Source: Eledone cirrhosa (taxonomy: Eukaryota). Taken from it: a DNA stretch of 64,000 bases. Within the stretch, counting starts at the first letter, position 1. Each line of letters opens with the position of its first letter. Positions 1 to 17,698 of this stretch are shown one piece after another. The notes under the pieces were generated by a model. It worked only from the letters and a program-made list of their open reading frames with translations. It did no database searches and was not told the DNA's origin. The translations under genes and the position numbers were made by a program. Where the stretch lies: assembly GCA_964016885.1 (NCBI GenBank), contig OZ024747.1, positions 5,766,001 to 5,830,000 of the forward strand. Reading direction: 5' to 3'.

Positions 1-296
1 TGTATAGTAATGGTGAATGTAGGGTGGTGTGGTGGTTATGGTGGTGGTGGTAGTGGTAGTGGTGGTGGTGGTGGTGGTGGTAGTGGTAGTGGTTATGGTA
101 ACGGTAGTGGTGGTGGTGGTGGTGGTAGTGGTTATGGTGGTGGTGGTTATGGTGGTGTTGGTGGTGGTAGTGGTGGTGTTGGTGGTTATGGTGGTGGTGG
201 TTATGGTGGTAGTGGTGGTGTGGTGGTAGTGGTTATGGTAGTGGTAGTGGTGGTAATGGTGCTGGTAGTAGTGGTAGTGGTGGTAGTGGTGGTGAT
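1..296. repeat. (GGT)n-like microsatellite
   Basis: Degenerate ggt/agt tandem repeat. Confidence 0.95.
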
Positions 297-339
297 TGAT
301 GCGGCAGTGGTATATATATTGATGCGGCATATATATATG

Positions 340-488
340 TATGAAAAATGTGAGGACCCCGACGGCTGAGCTCCAGCCGTTTCGACAGCTAGATCCGAAC
401 TTTTCCTATTACCCACCCTACTACCCTAAGTATTGAGTACTCTGGTGTGTTATGGTCCACCTGGTTTCTTTCCACACTTCCTTTGTTA
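340..488 (+). mobile_element. PLE-like family B 3' fragment with inverted 5' piece
   Basis: Shares cctattacccac..ctaccctaagtattgagtact..tggtccacctgg..gtta with copies at 8085, 8549, 29593 and 56610. 340-395 is the reverse complement of the family's hammerhead 3' half. Confidence 0.7.
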
Positions 489-604
489 TATAGGTGTGTA
501 GGTAACATTTCTTCACTAAAGAATATACACTTTTCATTTACGATGTATTGAATCAGTTATGTTGAGGTCTTCCCGAATATTATTCGAGAATTATGCCCTG
601 TGTA

Positions 605-679
<75 letters not shown>

Positions 680-680
<1 letters not shown>

Positions 681-835
681 TACGTTTCTAGTTTTACAGT
701 TTATCCGGGGGTTCACCTTACATATGATACATTTCCTATTGGTACAGTGGGTTTTCTTAAAAGGGTAGGTTTTGCTGATCAGCAAAACCTACCCTTTTAA
801 GAAAACCCACTGTACCAATAGGAAATGTATCATAT
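680..835 (-). mobile_element. Penelope-like ORF fragment forming a perfect 114-bp palindrome (722-835) inside (TA)n
   Basis: Palindrome centred on TGATCA. The minus strand reads CTNRKCIICKVNPRINCKTRNVVY, resembling the Cys-rich linker and NVVY start of PLE GIY-YIG endonucleases. Confidence 0.7.
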
Positions 836-892
836 ATATATATATATATATATATTATATAATATATATATATATATATTATATAATATAAT

Positions 893-1092
893 GGTTTCTT
901 ATCTAGACACAAGCTCAGCAATTTTGGGAGGGGAAAGTCAATTAAATCGATTCAGTGCGTGACTGGTACTTTATTTTATCGACCCCGTAAGGATGAAAGG
1001 CAAAACCTCGGCGGGATTTGAACTCAGATCATAAAAGGCCGTAACTCTATGCTTCAAAGCATGGCGTCCAACCCTCTACCGATTCTGCCAGT
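893..1092 (-). mobile_element. tRNA-derived SINE (family S1; Deu/Nin-domain-like core)
   Basis: Reverse complement of box B gagttcaaatcc + gccgagg..tttgcctttcatccttacggggtcgataaaataaagtacc; many copies in the window. Confidence 0.85.
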
Positions 1093-1309
1093 AACTTCAC
1101 GTTACACTCCCTGGATGGGTATATATATATTACATAACACACATTCACGAAATGCGATGAAAGCGGCGTGTGTGTGTAGGTTGCACATACGACCTGCGGC
1201 TATACACGAAACATAACAAACGGAAACCAATTCTACACATGTTTTTTACTGGTCTATATGTTAGCTTATACATCCGAACACACGTGCGTGTACGCACGTG
1301 TTCAACAAA

Positions 1310-3694
<2,385 letters not shown>

Positions 3695-3939
3695 GTAGTT
3701 GTCCCAAATTGAAGGATGAGTATTTTAAACTTTATTTTATGCTGAGTTAAGGCTCCATTGATCTCTCCCTGGATTTCACCAAGTTCTCTGGATGAATCTA
3801 TATCCTGTTTCTTTTTGAATTGAGTTTGAATTATTTTCCCACATCTTACGTTAACTATTTTCCCATTTTGACGCTATAGTCACTTATATATTATGGAATA
3901 CTGTTGGCTTCTTGCTACAATACTTTCTATACTTTTCAT

Positions 3940-6416
<2,477 letters not shown>

Positions 6417-6417
<1 letters not shown>

Positions 6418-6975
6418 TGTGTCAGGTCACCAGTTGGTGCTACTGGTAACATGTATCCCAGTACAACCTGTCTCATGGTCGGGTCGTTGGCGACTAAACT
6501 GGCAACCCCACCAAGGTTTCTTGGTGAGGAGGGTGACTTTGGACATCCTGCAGGACTAAAAACAAAACCTGTCAAAGGGCAAAGGAGCTCTTAAGAGTCA
6601 ATGGCCATCCAAAATCACCGGGAGAGATGACCCCTTAGCCTTTGTCAAGGCAGAATTCTAGGAGAAGGAAAACTCTGATATAACACCTGCAACCCTGATG
6701 GTATCCAATGATGTTGACTTGTTCTTCTTTTTGGTAAATATCATCTTGGTTAAGAGAGTGGGACTGGCTTTGTGCAGTGCCTTTGCTCACTATAAAAGCT
6801 TCACGGCACAGGCATTGCTTTGTATCTGGAGATCTCTCTGCACTTGTCGTCACATGGTACCATGGGCCCAGCACTATGTGTCAATAATTGTCACAGGTGT
6901 AGTGTTTGTACCAGAGTTTTCAAGTCACTGGCTGGACTAAAAAGTCACACTTGTTCAGGGCATCGGTAGGGGTTC
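6417..6975 (+). mobile_element. Non-autonomous RTE-derived bipartite element (5'UTR-like part + ORF C-terminus), cut by the gap
   Basis: RTE 5'UTR-like ggagaaggaaaactctgat; ends in [19 protein letters not shown]-stop (RTE/BovB-type C-terminal C2H2); near-identical second copy at 53393. Confidence 0.65.
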
Positions 6976-7175
6976 NNNNNNNNNNNNNNNNNNNNNNNNN
7001 NNNNNNNNNNNNNNNNNNNNNNNNNNNNNNNNNNNNNNNNNNNNNNNNNNNNNNNNNNNNNNNNNNNNNNNNNNNNNNNNNNNNNNNNNNNNNNNNNNNN
7101 NNNNNNNNNNNNNNNNNNNNNNNNNNNNNNNNNNNNNNNNNNNNNNNNNNNNNNNNNNNNNNNNNNNNNNNNNNN
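6976..7175. other. Assembly gap (200 N)
   Basis: Run of N. Confidence 1.
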
Positions 7176-7428
7176 GGAGGATGACAACTACGCCTTTGAA
7201 GGGTTACACTTGAAACGAAAAGTGGGTCCCCAGCCCTTACAACACAACCTATAATTAAGTAAGGCCCACATCGTATTAAGTTCAAACCACCAACAGATTA
7301 CTAATGCAGTATTCTGGTTGGGGTAAATTATTGGCGTGTTTTGCCCTGTAACATTCCACTGCGGTCATAGTCTCGAATGTTACACAGCACTTTGTAGAAG
7401 CTGATAAATTGCAGCCGGGAGATGTATA

Positions 7429-7605
7429 TGGCAATATCGGTAGAGGGTCAGACGCCATGCTTTGCAGCAGAGTTACGGCCCTTTATGGTCTCAGTTCAAA
7501 TCCCGCCGAAGTTAACTTTGTCTTTCATCCTTACGGAGTCGATAAAATAAAGTACCAGTAATACGCTGGGATAATTGCTGGCATTGTGCCAAAAGTAGAA
7601 ACAAA
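7429..7605 (+). mobile_element. SINE family S1
   Basis: Box A-like tggcaatatcggtagag, box B, core, gtgccaaaagtagaaac tail. Confidence 0.85.
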
Positions 7606-7932
7606 TATTATACATATTCGTAGTATCGGTAGAACGTCGGACATCATTCTTTACGGCATAGAGTGAAGACTCTTTACGTTCTGTGTTCATTTTATTATAT
7701 TATTCATACTTACGTTTAAATCCTAACCTTGTTTGTAGTTACAGAGTTTAGTGTGGTGGGAGGTTGATGAGGTTGAACGGGGCGGGATAGGAATAGTGAG
7801 TAATGGAAACAGGAGTCACCTCCCTTGACCCCTTAGGGTTAATTTCATGCTTCACTCGAGATTAAATGAGACTTGGGTTTGAAGTTAATCACTAATCCAC
7901 CGCTAGTAATAATACATTACATGGACATTATG

Positions 7933-8035
<103 letters not shown>

Positions 8036-8084
8036 ACACACACAGAGGCAACCATAAACGCACGCATCTCTCTATCTATCTCTA

Positions 8085-8213
8085 TAGGAAAAGGTTCTTG
8101 AGCTCTGCCGTCGGGGTCCCGAACCTTTTCCTATTACCCACTCTACTACCCAAAGTATCGAGTACTCTGGTGTGTTATGGTCCACCTGGTTCCTTACCAC
8201 ACTTCCTTCGTTA
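8085..8213 (+). mobile_element. PLE-like family B fragment
   Basis: Family B tail; starts with taggaaaaggttc, the reverse complement of internal gaaccttttccta. Confidence 0.7.
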
Positions 8214-8441
8214 TCTCTCTCTCTCTCTATATATGTGTGTATGTGTGTGAGTAAATGACAGTCTGCTCATGTAAGGAGTTGCTATAAACTAAAACAGAAG
8301 TTGACATTGGCTCATATAAGGAATCGAACCCCATATTTTAATAGCATCTCAGCGCATCAGCAAACCATTCTTTATATTAAATTTATCCCCTCTGCACTTC
8401 GTAAAGCACCACGAGATCGGCTACGTATACACGATATTTGT

Positions 8442-8720
<279 letters not shown>

Positions 8721-8758
8721 TATATATATATATATATATAAATCCAAAGACTTTCGAT

Positions 8759-9230
8759 AATGACCAGAAGTCGATCCTAAATATGACTAATAGCTTTAGG
8801 AAAGCCTTGAATGCCACCACATCATTTTAACTTTGATTTTGAAAGTAGGTTTATAATTATCAATTTTCATTATACTTTTGTAGTTGTCTCGGTGGCCTAG
8901 TTGTAGGAATCATAGGTGGTGATGAACTTGGTCTGAAGTTCGATCCTGGCCGGGAGTAGGGTTCCCAGTAAATCTTATCAGTTTTTTTCTATTGGTTGTA
9001 AAATAAAAACTAAAAAAGATTACATGTACCTCTTGACCAGGATTGAACCCAAGACCAGGATCTCCGCCGTCTCTAGTACCTACCACTAGGCCACAAAGAC
9101 AACTACGAAAATCTTATGAAAATTCATACTTATAAACCTACTTTCAGAATTTTCAAAACAAAGTGTTGTGGTGTCATTCATGTCTTTCTTAACGTTATTG
9201 CTCCTACTTAAGGTCGACTTCTAAATCATT
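8759..9230. mobile_element. Diverged foldback/MITE-like element with inverted tRNA-like arms
   Basis: ~200-bp imperfect inverted arms (gaaagtaggtttataa/ttataaacctactttc; gtagttgtc/gacaactac; tggcctagt/actaggcca), each with box A/box B-like motifs. Confidence 0.6.
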
Positions 9231-9715
9231 TGGGTGTTCCATAAACTACAACCTCCTTTTGTTTCACTTCTATCTAGACTATATTTTAACCTGTCATCCA
9301 TGTTTCATTTCTGTTGCACCTCATTTCCCCCTCCTCTCTCCTCACTCTCTCTATCTCTCTCCTCACTCTCTCTCTCTCTCTCTCTCTCCTCACTCTCTCT
9401 CTCTGTGATATTTCAATCTACTAGGATTTGGGTTACGTTATTCCTATATATATATATATATATACAGTGGTGGCCTAGGTCTAAAAATATTGATGAAGAG
9501 GGCCCATCTACATATAGAATGAAGGGGGCCCATCTACATATAGAATGAAGGGGGCCCATCTACATATAGAATGCTATCATTTAATGTTTATAATGAATAA
9601 ATAACATTTTCAAAAAATACATAAGTGGAAACAAAACAGTGCAATCAAATTTTTGCGGAAAAATATCTTACCTTCTCCAATAAAATATATATATTTTGCG
9701 AAATCCAGAGACTTT

Positions 9716-9941
9716 CAATAATTGTTTCTACTTTAGGCACAAGGCCAGCAATTATCCAGTGCATTACTGTTTCAATAATTGTTTCTACTTTAGGCACAAG
9801 GCCAGCAATTATCCAGTGCATTACTGTTTCAATAATTGTTTCTACTTTAGGCACAAGGCCAGCAATTACCCAGTGCATTACTGGTACTTTATTTTATCGA
9901 CCCCGTAAGGATGAAAGGCAAAGTCAACCTCGGCGGGTTCA
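9716..9941 (-). mobile_element. 5'-truncated SINE S1 with triplicated 57-bp tail
   Basis: Three tandem copies of aataattgtttctactttaggcacaaggccagcaatta.ccagtgcattactg. Confidence 0.85.
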
Positions 9942-9981
9942 ATAATGACCTTTGGTCTTTCACACTTACTCTCTATATATA

Positions 9982-10012
<31 letters not shown>

Positions 10013-10342
10013 TTGTGAGTGTATACATCACCTACACCACTAATTGATTTGACAGATGTCTTTAACCCATTGATACCAAATATCATTTGGTCAGTAGTTC
10101 GCGTGTCAGTATACATACTTGTGTGCCTGTGTCTATATATTGCATACATGAATACACTAAGCTTTAGATTTAGTAGAATGTACAACCACTGATTCCAGCT
10201 ATTTGCACTATCATACTTTTTGGTTTCTAGTAATCTCTGGGGAATTGGTTGACCAAATGCTTTACTTAATTGTTTTAATTATTTTAAAAAATCATCTGCT
10301 AAACGCGCGTAACAAATAAAAACATAAAAATGTGTAAATTAA

Positions 10343-10421
10343 ACCCTCCCAAAGTATAACAATATCGGTTTCAACACACGTTTTCAGATAAAGAATCTTG
10401 CTAAACAAATTCAGAAACGAA
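10343..10421 (+). mobile_element. PLE-like family A 3' tail
   Basis: Near-identical to 40003-40081; ends in (TA)n. Confidence 0.75.
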
Positions 10422-10424
10422 ATA

Positions 10425-10461
<37 letters not shown>

Positions 10462-10464
<3 letters not shown>

Positions 10465-10684
10465 GTGAAAGAGTGAAGAATAACATGGCCGGCTGTACAA
10501 AAAGGGTTTTATTCACTCTTTCACTATTATTACTCCAAGAATAACCTACATGAGAATTCTCGCAAACTCGCCACCTAACCAAGGAAATTTCTTGTTGAGT
10601 CAAACAACGCCGTACGTTAAAATTATCCTTATTACAGAGTACTCACAACCTCTAACTGGATTACCTAAAACGATAACTTGTTAT

Positions 10685-10689
<5 letters not shown>
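10462..10689 (+). mobile_element. PLE-like family D fragment with inverted 5' segment, in (TA)n
   Basis: Matches 54563-54775; its first ~50 bp are the reverse complement of 54563-54613. Confidence 0.7.
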
Positions 10690-10751
<62 letters not shown>

Positions 10752-11436
10752 GTGTGTTGTGTGTATTTTTGCTAGAGAATTACGTCAAGGATGCATGTAT
10801 CTATGGAATACTCAACCGCTTTTCGCGTTATTTTAACAAGTTGGTGGTTTTCTTGATCAAACAACTAGACGTTCATCCGTCGTTCTCGACAGGAGAGCCC
10901 ATCAAGCAATGAAAATAAGGACATTAGCTAGCATAAGAGGAATAAAATGAACTTCCATGGATGATACAGTTTTTTTTCTGATTTGATCCAAGCAAGCTTT
11001 TACAATTGGCTTCAGTTAGATTCGGAAGCAGTGATTCTTCTCTCAGTCACAGTAAATTTGAACCTTTCAAACAGAGATCACCAGACATTCTCCTCCCCGT
11101 CCACCTTCTCATTCTCATCCTCCTTTTCCCTTCCCGTTCTCTTCTTCTCATCATCTGTTGGTGACATCATATCAACTTTAATAAGTTCTCTCTCTCTCTC
11201 TGTCTTCCCCTCCTCTCCTCTCTCTCTTTCTCCCCCTCTCTCTGTCGCCATCTCTCTCTTTCTTCTTTTTCTCGCCCCCCCCCCTCTCTCTCTCTCGTCA
11301 TCTCTCTCTCCTATCTATCTACTGTCTCACCATCTCTCTCTCTCTCGCTCTTTCTTCCCCTTCTCGCCTCTCTCCCTCTCTCGCTCTTTCTTCCCCTCCT
11401 CGCCTCTCTCCCTTTCTTCCCCTCCTTGTCTCTCTC

Positions 11437-11489
<53 letters not shown>

Positions 11490-11513
11490 ATCTCCCTCTC
11501 CCCCCTCCCCCTC

Positions 11514-11545
<32 letters not shown>

Positions 11546-12009
11546 CTGTCTCTCTCCTCCACATCAGTTTCAGGAGCCACCGAAGCCATTTAAAAGCTAT
11601 TTTCAGGCCAGAGCCCATTATACACTACTTCGAACCTCGATCTCGACACACCACCGCCACAGCTCCACCAATCACTTATACGCCACCACCCCATGCAGAT
11701 ACGATCCCAGGAGTCTTCCGTACACTGTTTACGATGACGTCTGACAAGTGACATGCGCAATTCTCTCATTTAATTATGTGGTCTTTTATATTTCGTAACG
11801 GGAGTTTTACAGAGGAGGGTGGGGTGGGGGCTTGTATGCATGAATGCTTAGTGCACCTGTATTTGAACGTCTATGTATGCACATCAATGCATGTACGAGT
11901 ATGTGTGCGCATCTGCATAAAGGTTTGTATATATGCATGCATGTACGTATGCATATAAATATATATATATATATATGTGTGTACATATATATATATTTGA
12001 ATATATACA

Positions 12010-12047
<38 letters not shown>

Positions 12048-12419
12048 AATATTCATATATATATAGTGTGTGTGTGTGTGTCATATATATATATATATAT
12101 AGTGTATGTGTGTATATATTCATACACACACATACACACACACACACACTGAATATAACCGTCTATGTGTGTGTGTGTGAGTAAAATCGGTCAATTATCG
12201 TATGTGTTCCTAACCAAGAGGTCTGTGAAATGTGTTATACATCACATATGTGTGTAGCAGGGGCGAAGGGTCCGTGCATGCAATACATGCAGTGCATGCG
12301 TTATAGAATCTTGAGTTGATCAATTGCGTCGGTTGAAGCAAGCAGAATTTTGGCTGCTTATTAAAAGGTATAGACACAAAAAAAGATAACACACACACAC
12401 ACACAGACATACACACACG

Positions 12420-12478
<59 letters not shown>

Positions 12479-13133
12479 ACGCACACACATACACACACAC
12501 ACATACACACAAACAAATACACAGAAACACATGACAGTTTTGGGGCAAGCAAAATTTTGACTGCTTACTAAATCGTAGACACATAAAAAGATAGCACACA
12601 CACACAAACACACACACACACTAGATAACACTACATGCGGCTTTTACCGGCAGGGTCATTTAGAGGGAAGGGGGGGTAAGGCTGCACAGCCCCACTTTCC
12701 GCCATGGCGATTGGACTGCATGCCCGACTTTCCAGGTTACCCTTCGCCACTGGTGTGTAGGTGTGTGTGTATGTGTGGTTGGAAGTGTGTGTGTTTGTGA
12801 GTGATTGTAAGTGTATGAGAGTGTGTATGTGTGTGTACTTGTAAGTGCTTGTAAGTGTATAACAGTGAGTGTGTGAGGTTGGAAGTGTGTGTGTGAGGTT
12901 GGAAGTGTTTCTGTATGTGTTTGTAAGTGATTGTAAGTGTATGAAAGTGTGTGTGTGTACTTGTAAGTGTATGAGAGTGTGTGTGTTTGTGTCTGTAAGT
13001 TATTGTGTGAGTGTGTGTATGTATGTGGCTGCGTGTGTGTATGTGTGTGTGTGTGTTTGTAAGTGAGTGTAAGTGTGAGTGTGTGTGTGTATGTGTGTGT
13101 ATGTATGTGGTGTGTGTGTTTGTAAATGATTGT

Positions 13134-13185
<52 letters not shown>

Positions 13186-13448
13186 GCCGGGTCCGTGTAT
13201 ACGTGTGGATGTGCATAAATGCGTTTTGTTTGGTGTGGTGTATGTTCGACACACGGATTCTGTAGATAATTGTAATGTATATAACTTGCTGTTATGTATA
13301 TATATGTCTCTATATATACACCATATACTGTCCTGCAAGTGGATATGTATATATATTGTTAGATCTATTGCACACTCACACTTTATTGCTCTTTCATATT
13401 TTCACTCTCTCTCTCTCTCTCTCTCTCTTTCTCCCTTTATCTGTCTAT

Positions 13449-13534
<86 letters not shown>

Positions 13535-13564
13535 GATACATTGATATTTGTTCCCTTATATATT

Positions 13565-13666
13565 AATTGTTTCTACTTTTGGCACAAGGCCAGCAATTAC
13601 CCAGTTCATTGCTGGTACTTTATTTTATCGACCCCGTAAGGATGAAAGGCAAAGTTAACCTCGGCG
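13565..13666 (-). mobile_element. SINE S1, 5'-truncated
   Basis: Core and tail match. Confidence 0.8.
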
Positions 13667-13680
13667 AATACTGTATATAC

Positions 13681-13723
<43 letters not shown>

Positions 13724-13727
<4 letters not shown>

Positions 13728-13819
13728 CGATCGACTTTCGTCAAATCGGACCGAGGAAACAAAGTTTCCGTTTATCTTTTCTTTCCAATTGCTAATACTA
13801 TCTATCGGTCGTAACTCCA
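13724..13819 (+). repeat. Short (TA)n-associated dispersed repeat (second copy inverted at 40411-40503)
   Basis: Shared cgatcgacttt..caaatcggaccgagg..ccaattgctaatactatctatcggtcg.aactcca. Confidence 0.7.
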
Positions 13820-13865
13820 GGTAGAGGGGGCAACGTGAAAGAAAGTGTCTTGCTCAAGGACATAA

Positions 13866-13906
<41 letters not shown>

Positions 13907-14344
13907 CATCTTTATTTATTTATCTATGTAGGGTCATGTGCGATGTGTGTATGTGTATCAGTAAGTGCTACTTCATGTGTGTGTGTGTGTGCGCGCGCGC
14001 GCGTTTATATTTGTATGAATGAATCTCTCTCACACATACATACACACATACATACACACATACATACACACATACATACACACATACATACATACATACA
14101 TACATACATACATACATACATACATACATGTGTGCGTTTATTTTGTTAGCATAATATAGACAAGAGAGGAAAAGGGTGAAATTCCTCAGCACCCATTCAA
14201 CATATCTCCCCAGATCTACCCCAGACCCTACCCAGATCCACCCCAGATCCTCCCCAGATCTACCCTAGACCCTCCCAAGATCTACCCCAGATCCTACTCA
14301 GACCCTCCCCAGATCCACCCCCTCTAACACATATACTCCGCAGT

Positions 14345-15341
14345 TTCACCCACAAAACTCCTCCTCAACAACACATTTCATACCACCAACACCGCCACAA
14401 CACCACCACCACCACACCACTACCTCAACACCACCACAACACCACCACCACCACACCATCACCACCACCACCACAACACCACTACAACACCACCACCACC
14501 ACAACACCACAACACCACCACCACCACCACACCGCCACCACCACACCACCACAACACCACCATCACTACACCACTACCACCACCACACCACCACCATAAC
14601 ACCACCACCACCACACCACCACACCACCACCACCACCACCACCACCACCACACCACCACAACACCACCATCACCACCACTACACCACTACCACCACCACT
14701 ACCACCACCACCACCACCACCACCACCACAACACCACCATCACCACCACTACACCACTACCACCACCACACCACCACCATAACACCACCACCACACCACC
14801 ACCACCACCACCACCACCACCACCACCACACCACCACAACACCACCATCACCACCACTACACCACTACCACCACCACTACCACCACCACCACCACCACCA
14901 CCACCACCACACCACCACAACACCACCACACCACCACCACCACCACAACAGTAACACTATTAATTGAGATGTCAAAAGCAGATACGTAAAAGGCGACCCT
15001 CTTCCTACCTCCCAGACACTTGCTTTTTATATATGTGTGTGCGTGTGTGTCTGTGTGTCTATGTGTGTATCTGTCTGTGTGTGTGTGTCTATGTGTGTGT
15101 GTGTCTATGTGCGTGTGTGTCTATGTGTGTATCTGTCTGTGTGTGTGTCTATGTGTGTGTGTCTATGTGTGTATCTGTCTGTGTGTGTGTGTCTGTCTAT
15201 GTTTGTCTGTGTGTGTGCGTGTCTGTGTGTATCTGTCTGTGTGTGTGTGTCTGTGTGTGTGTTTGTCTGTGTGTTTGTCTGTGTGTATGTGTCTATGTGT
15301 GTGTGTCTGTCTGTGTGTGTGTCTATGTGTGTGTGTCTGTC

Positions 15342-15374
<33 letters not shown>

Positions 15375-15394
15375 CTATGTCTGTGTGTGTGTGT

Positions 15395-15430
<36 letters not shown>

Positions 15431-16360
15431 ATGTGTGTGTATGCGCGTATTTATAATTGCATATACATAGGGCTGTGGATGAGGAAGCTTAGTGAATGTA
15501 TTTATGTATATATATATGCGTGTGTGTGTGTGTGTGTGCGTGCATATATATATATGCACGGACACACACACACACGCATATATATATGTGTGTATGTGTA
15601 ATATAATAAATAATTGTTTCTACTTTAGGCACAAGGCCAGCAAAGAGCCAGTGTATTACTGGTACTTTATTGTATCGACCCCGTAAGGATGAAAGGTAAA
15701 GTTGACCTCGGCGGGATTTGAACTCAGAATGGAATCCCGCCGAGGTCAACTTTGCCTTTCATCCTTACGGCCGTGGTGGTAGTTGCTATGGTGATGGTAG
15801 TGGTGGTGGATGCGGCAGTGGTGGTGGTTGTGGTGGTGGTGATGGATGCGGCAGTGGTAGTGGTAGTGGTTGTGGTGGTGGTGGTAGTGGGTGTGGTGGC
15901 GGTGATGGATGCGGCAGTGGTTGTGGTGGTGGTGGTAGTGGTGGTGGTGATGGATGCGGCAGTGGTGGTGTTGGTGGTAGTTGCTATAGTTGTGGTAGTG
16001 GTGGTGGTGTTGGTGGTGGCGCGGTAGTAGTGGTGGTGGTGGTGGACGCGGCAGTGGTGGTGGTGGTTGTGGTAGTGGTGGCGGCGATAGTAGTGGTTGT
16101 GGTGGTTGTGGTGGTGGTGGACGCGGCAGTGGTGGTGGTGGTTGTGGTAGTGGTGGCGGCGGTAGTAGTGGTTGTGGTGGTGGTGGACCCGGCAGTGGTG
16201 GTGTTGGTTGTGGTGGCGGTGGTGGTGGTGGCGGTAGTAGTGGTTGTGGTTGTGGTGGTGGTGGACGCGGCAGTGGTAGTGTTGGTTGTGGTGGTGGTGG
16301 TGGTGGTGGTGGTGGTTGTGGTGTTAGTGGATGCGGCAATGGTGGTGTTGGTTGTATGTG
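14345..16360. repeat. (CCA)n, (TG/TCTG)n and (GGT)n compound tracts, with SINE S1 at 15611-15770
   Basis: Directly visible; SINE on minus 15611-15729 joined to a plus-strand piece 15733-15770. Confidence 0.9.
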
Positions 16361-17069
16361 AGTGTGTGAATCAACACCAGTGTGACATATATTTATTTTA
16401 CTCTCTATGCAATACATACACCCACAAGTTCTTCCCAGCATAGATTAGAGGATTCAATACTTCAACTTTCTAAGATATCGATATTCGAGCTAATCCGGTT
16501 GATTGAATAAAAGAAATTAAAATTAAGTTTAAGCCTAAATCGCCATCTTACTTAACATTACCATTTAATTACTAGATATCTTTAGCAATGTTCAATCTGT
16601 TGCAAGCATTCAGCTCCTAAAACTCCATTCCGTCCACAACTATATTTTCCCTCTAGGCATTAAACTAATAGATTTTATGTCTGAAATCTTTAGCATCAAT
16701 CTCTCCAGTTTGCGAAAGTCTGCAGAGTCACAGGCAATGCTTCTCTTTGCTTTGATTTATTAAAAAGTTGAGGATATATGATATAATAGGCTGCTTATAT
16801 CTTGTACGTAAATATTACCCAGAGACGCAACTCTATCGCAAATTATTCTATAAAAATATCAGATTCAGCCACTGTTCCACACTACAAAATCTGGCTACTG
16901 CTATAACCTAAGTCAACTATAATAATAGAAATTCTTCGAAACTGTCATCTCTATAAAGGTAGTAATATCACATCTTGTTTACTTGATGCTGAGTGTTTCA
17001 CACACGGACTTTTGTACTGTACGAAGGTGGCCCTAATAAATAAAATTCTAAAGTCTGTTTCGAGCCCCG

Positions 17070-17330
17070 AGATTCATCAGACCGGTACTTATCTCGGTTT
17101 TCGTGGCTTGAAGAAACTAAGAGTACAAGACTCCTCCCTGGACAGGACAACAGTCAATCGCAAGGTTGAACCCTCCAAGTATTACTGGTACTCATTTCCA
17201 GCTGAATATACTGCAGCAACGTGAAATGAAATGTTCTGCCCAAGAAAAAAACATACAACCCAGTCCAGGAATTGAACCCATCACATCATGATCATAAGTC
17301 CAACTCCCTTGCCACTAGGTCACACACCTC
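17070..17330 (-). mobile_element. tRNA-derived CORE-type SINE (family S2)
   Basis: Reverse-complement box A/B head (gcctagtgg..ggttcaattcc-like) plus atttcacgttgct core. Confidence 0.65.
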
Positions 17331-17698
17331 CATGACCCTAATAGACAGAACTAAAATATTGTATTGACCTTACTGAGAAAACTGTATCTACTCAACTTAT
17401 GTCTTCCTCCCGGTATACTGACAAAGGAAACACAAATTTACCATCTCAATATTTCTGGAATGTGAAAATGAGAGACATCCAGACAATTTCAAGATCAATT
17501 AGTCAGTCATCCAAATTGCTACACCTTATATTAATGACTCCCATAAATGTCTGCTTTGTTTATCAGAACTTATTCAACGCTGAATTAGCTCTAATTAAAC
17601 AGAGGCTCCTAGCTGACCTTCAATTGCCTCCATCAAAAACTGTTAGTGCAATTTAAACTGTCTCTTGGACAATGTTATTTCTTATCATTATTATATCA

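Noticed and set aside
6428-6505. HDV-like ribozyme in the RTE leader
   Set aside because: P2-, P3-, P4- and CUAA-like parts exist, but I could not place a P1 3' strand in the required order; left only as a structured leader.
6906-7285. ORFs spanning the N run
   Set aside because: Artefact of the assembly gap.
15718-16443. Gly/Cys-rich + poly-Val or Pro-rich ORFs resembling structural proteins
   Set aside because: They start inside a SINE and run through a degenerate (GGT)n tract.
17399-17656. 85-aa ORF as a possible further Slit exon
   Set aside because: No LxxLxLxxN pattern and no 72-nt AG/GT-bounded exon.
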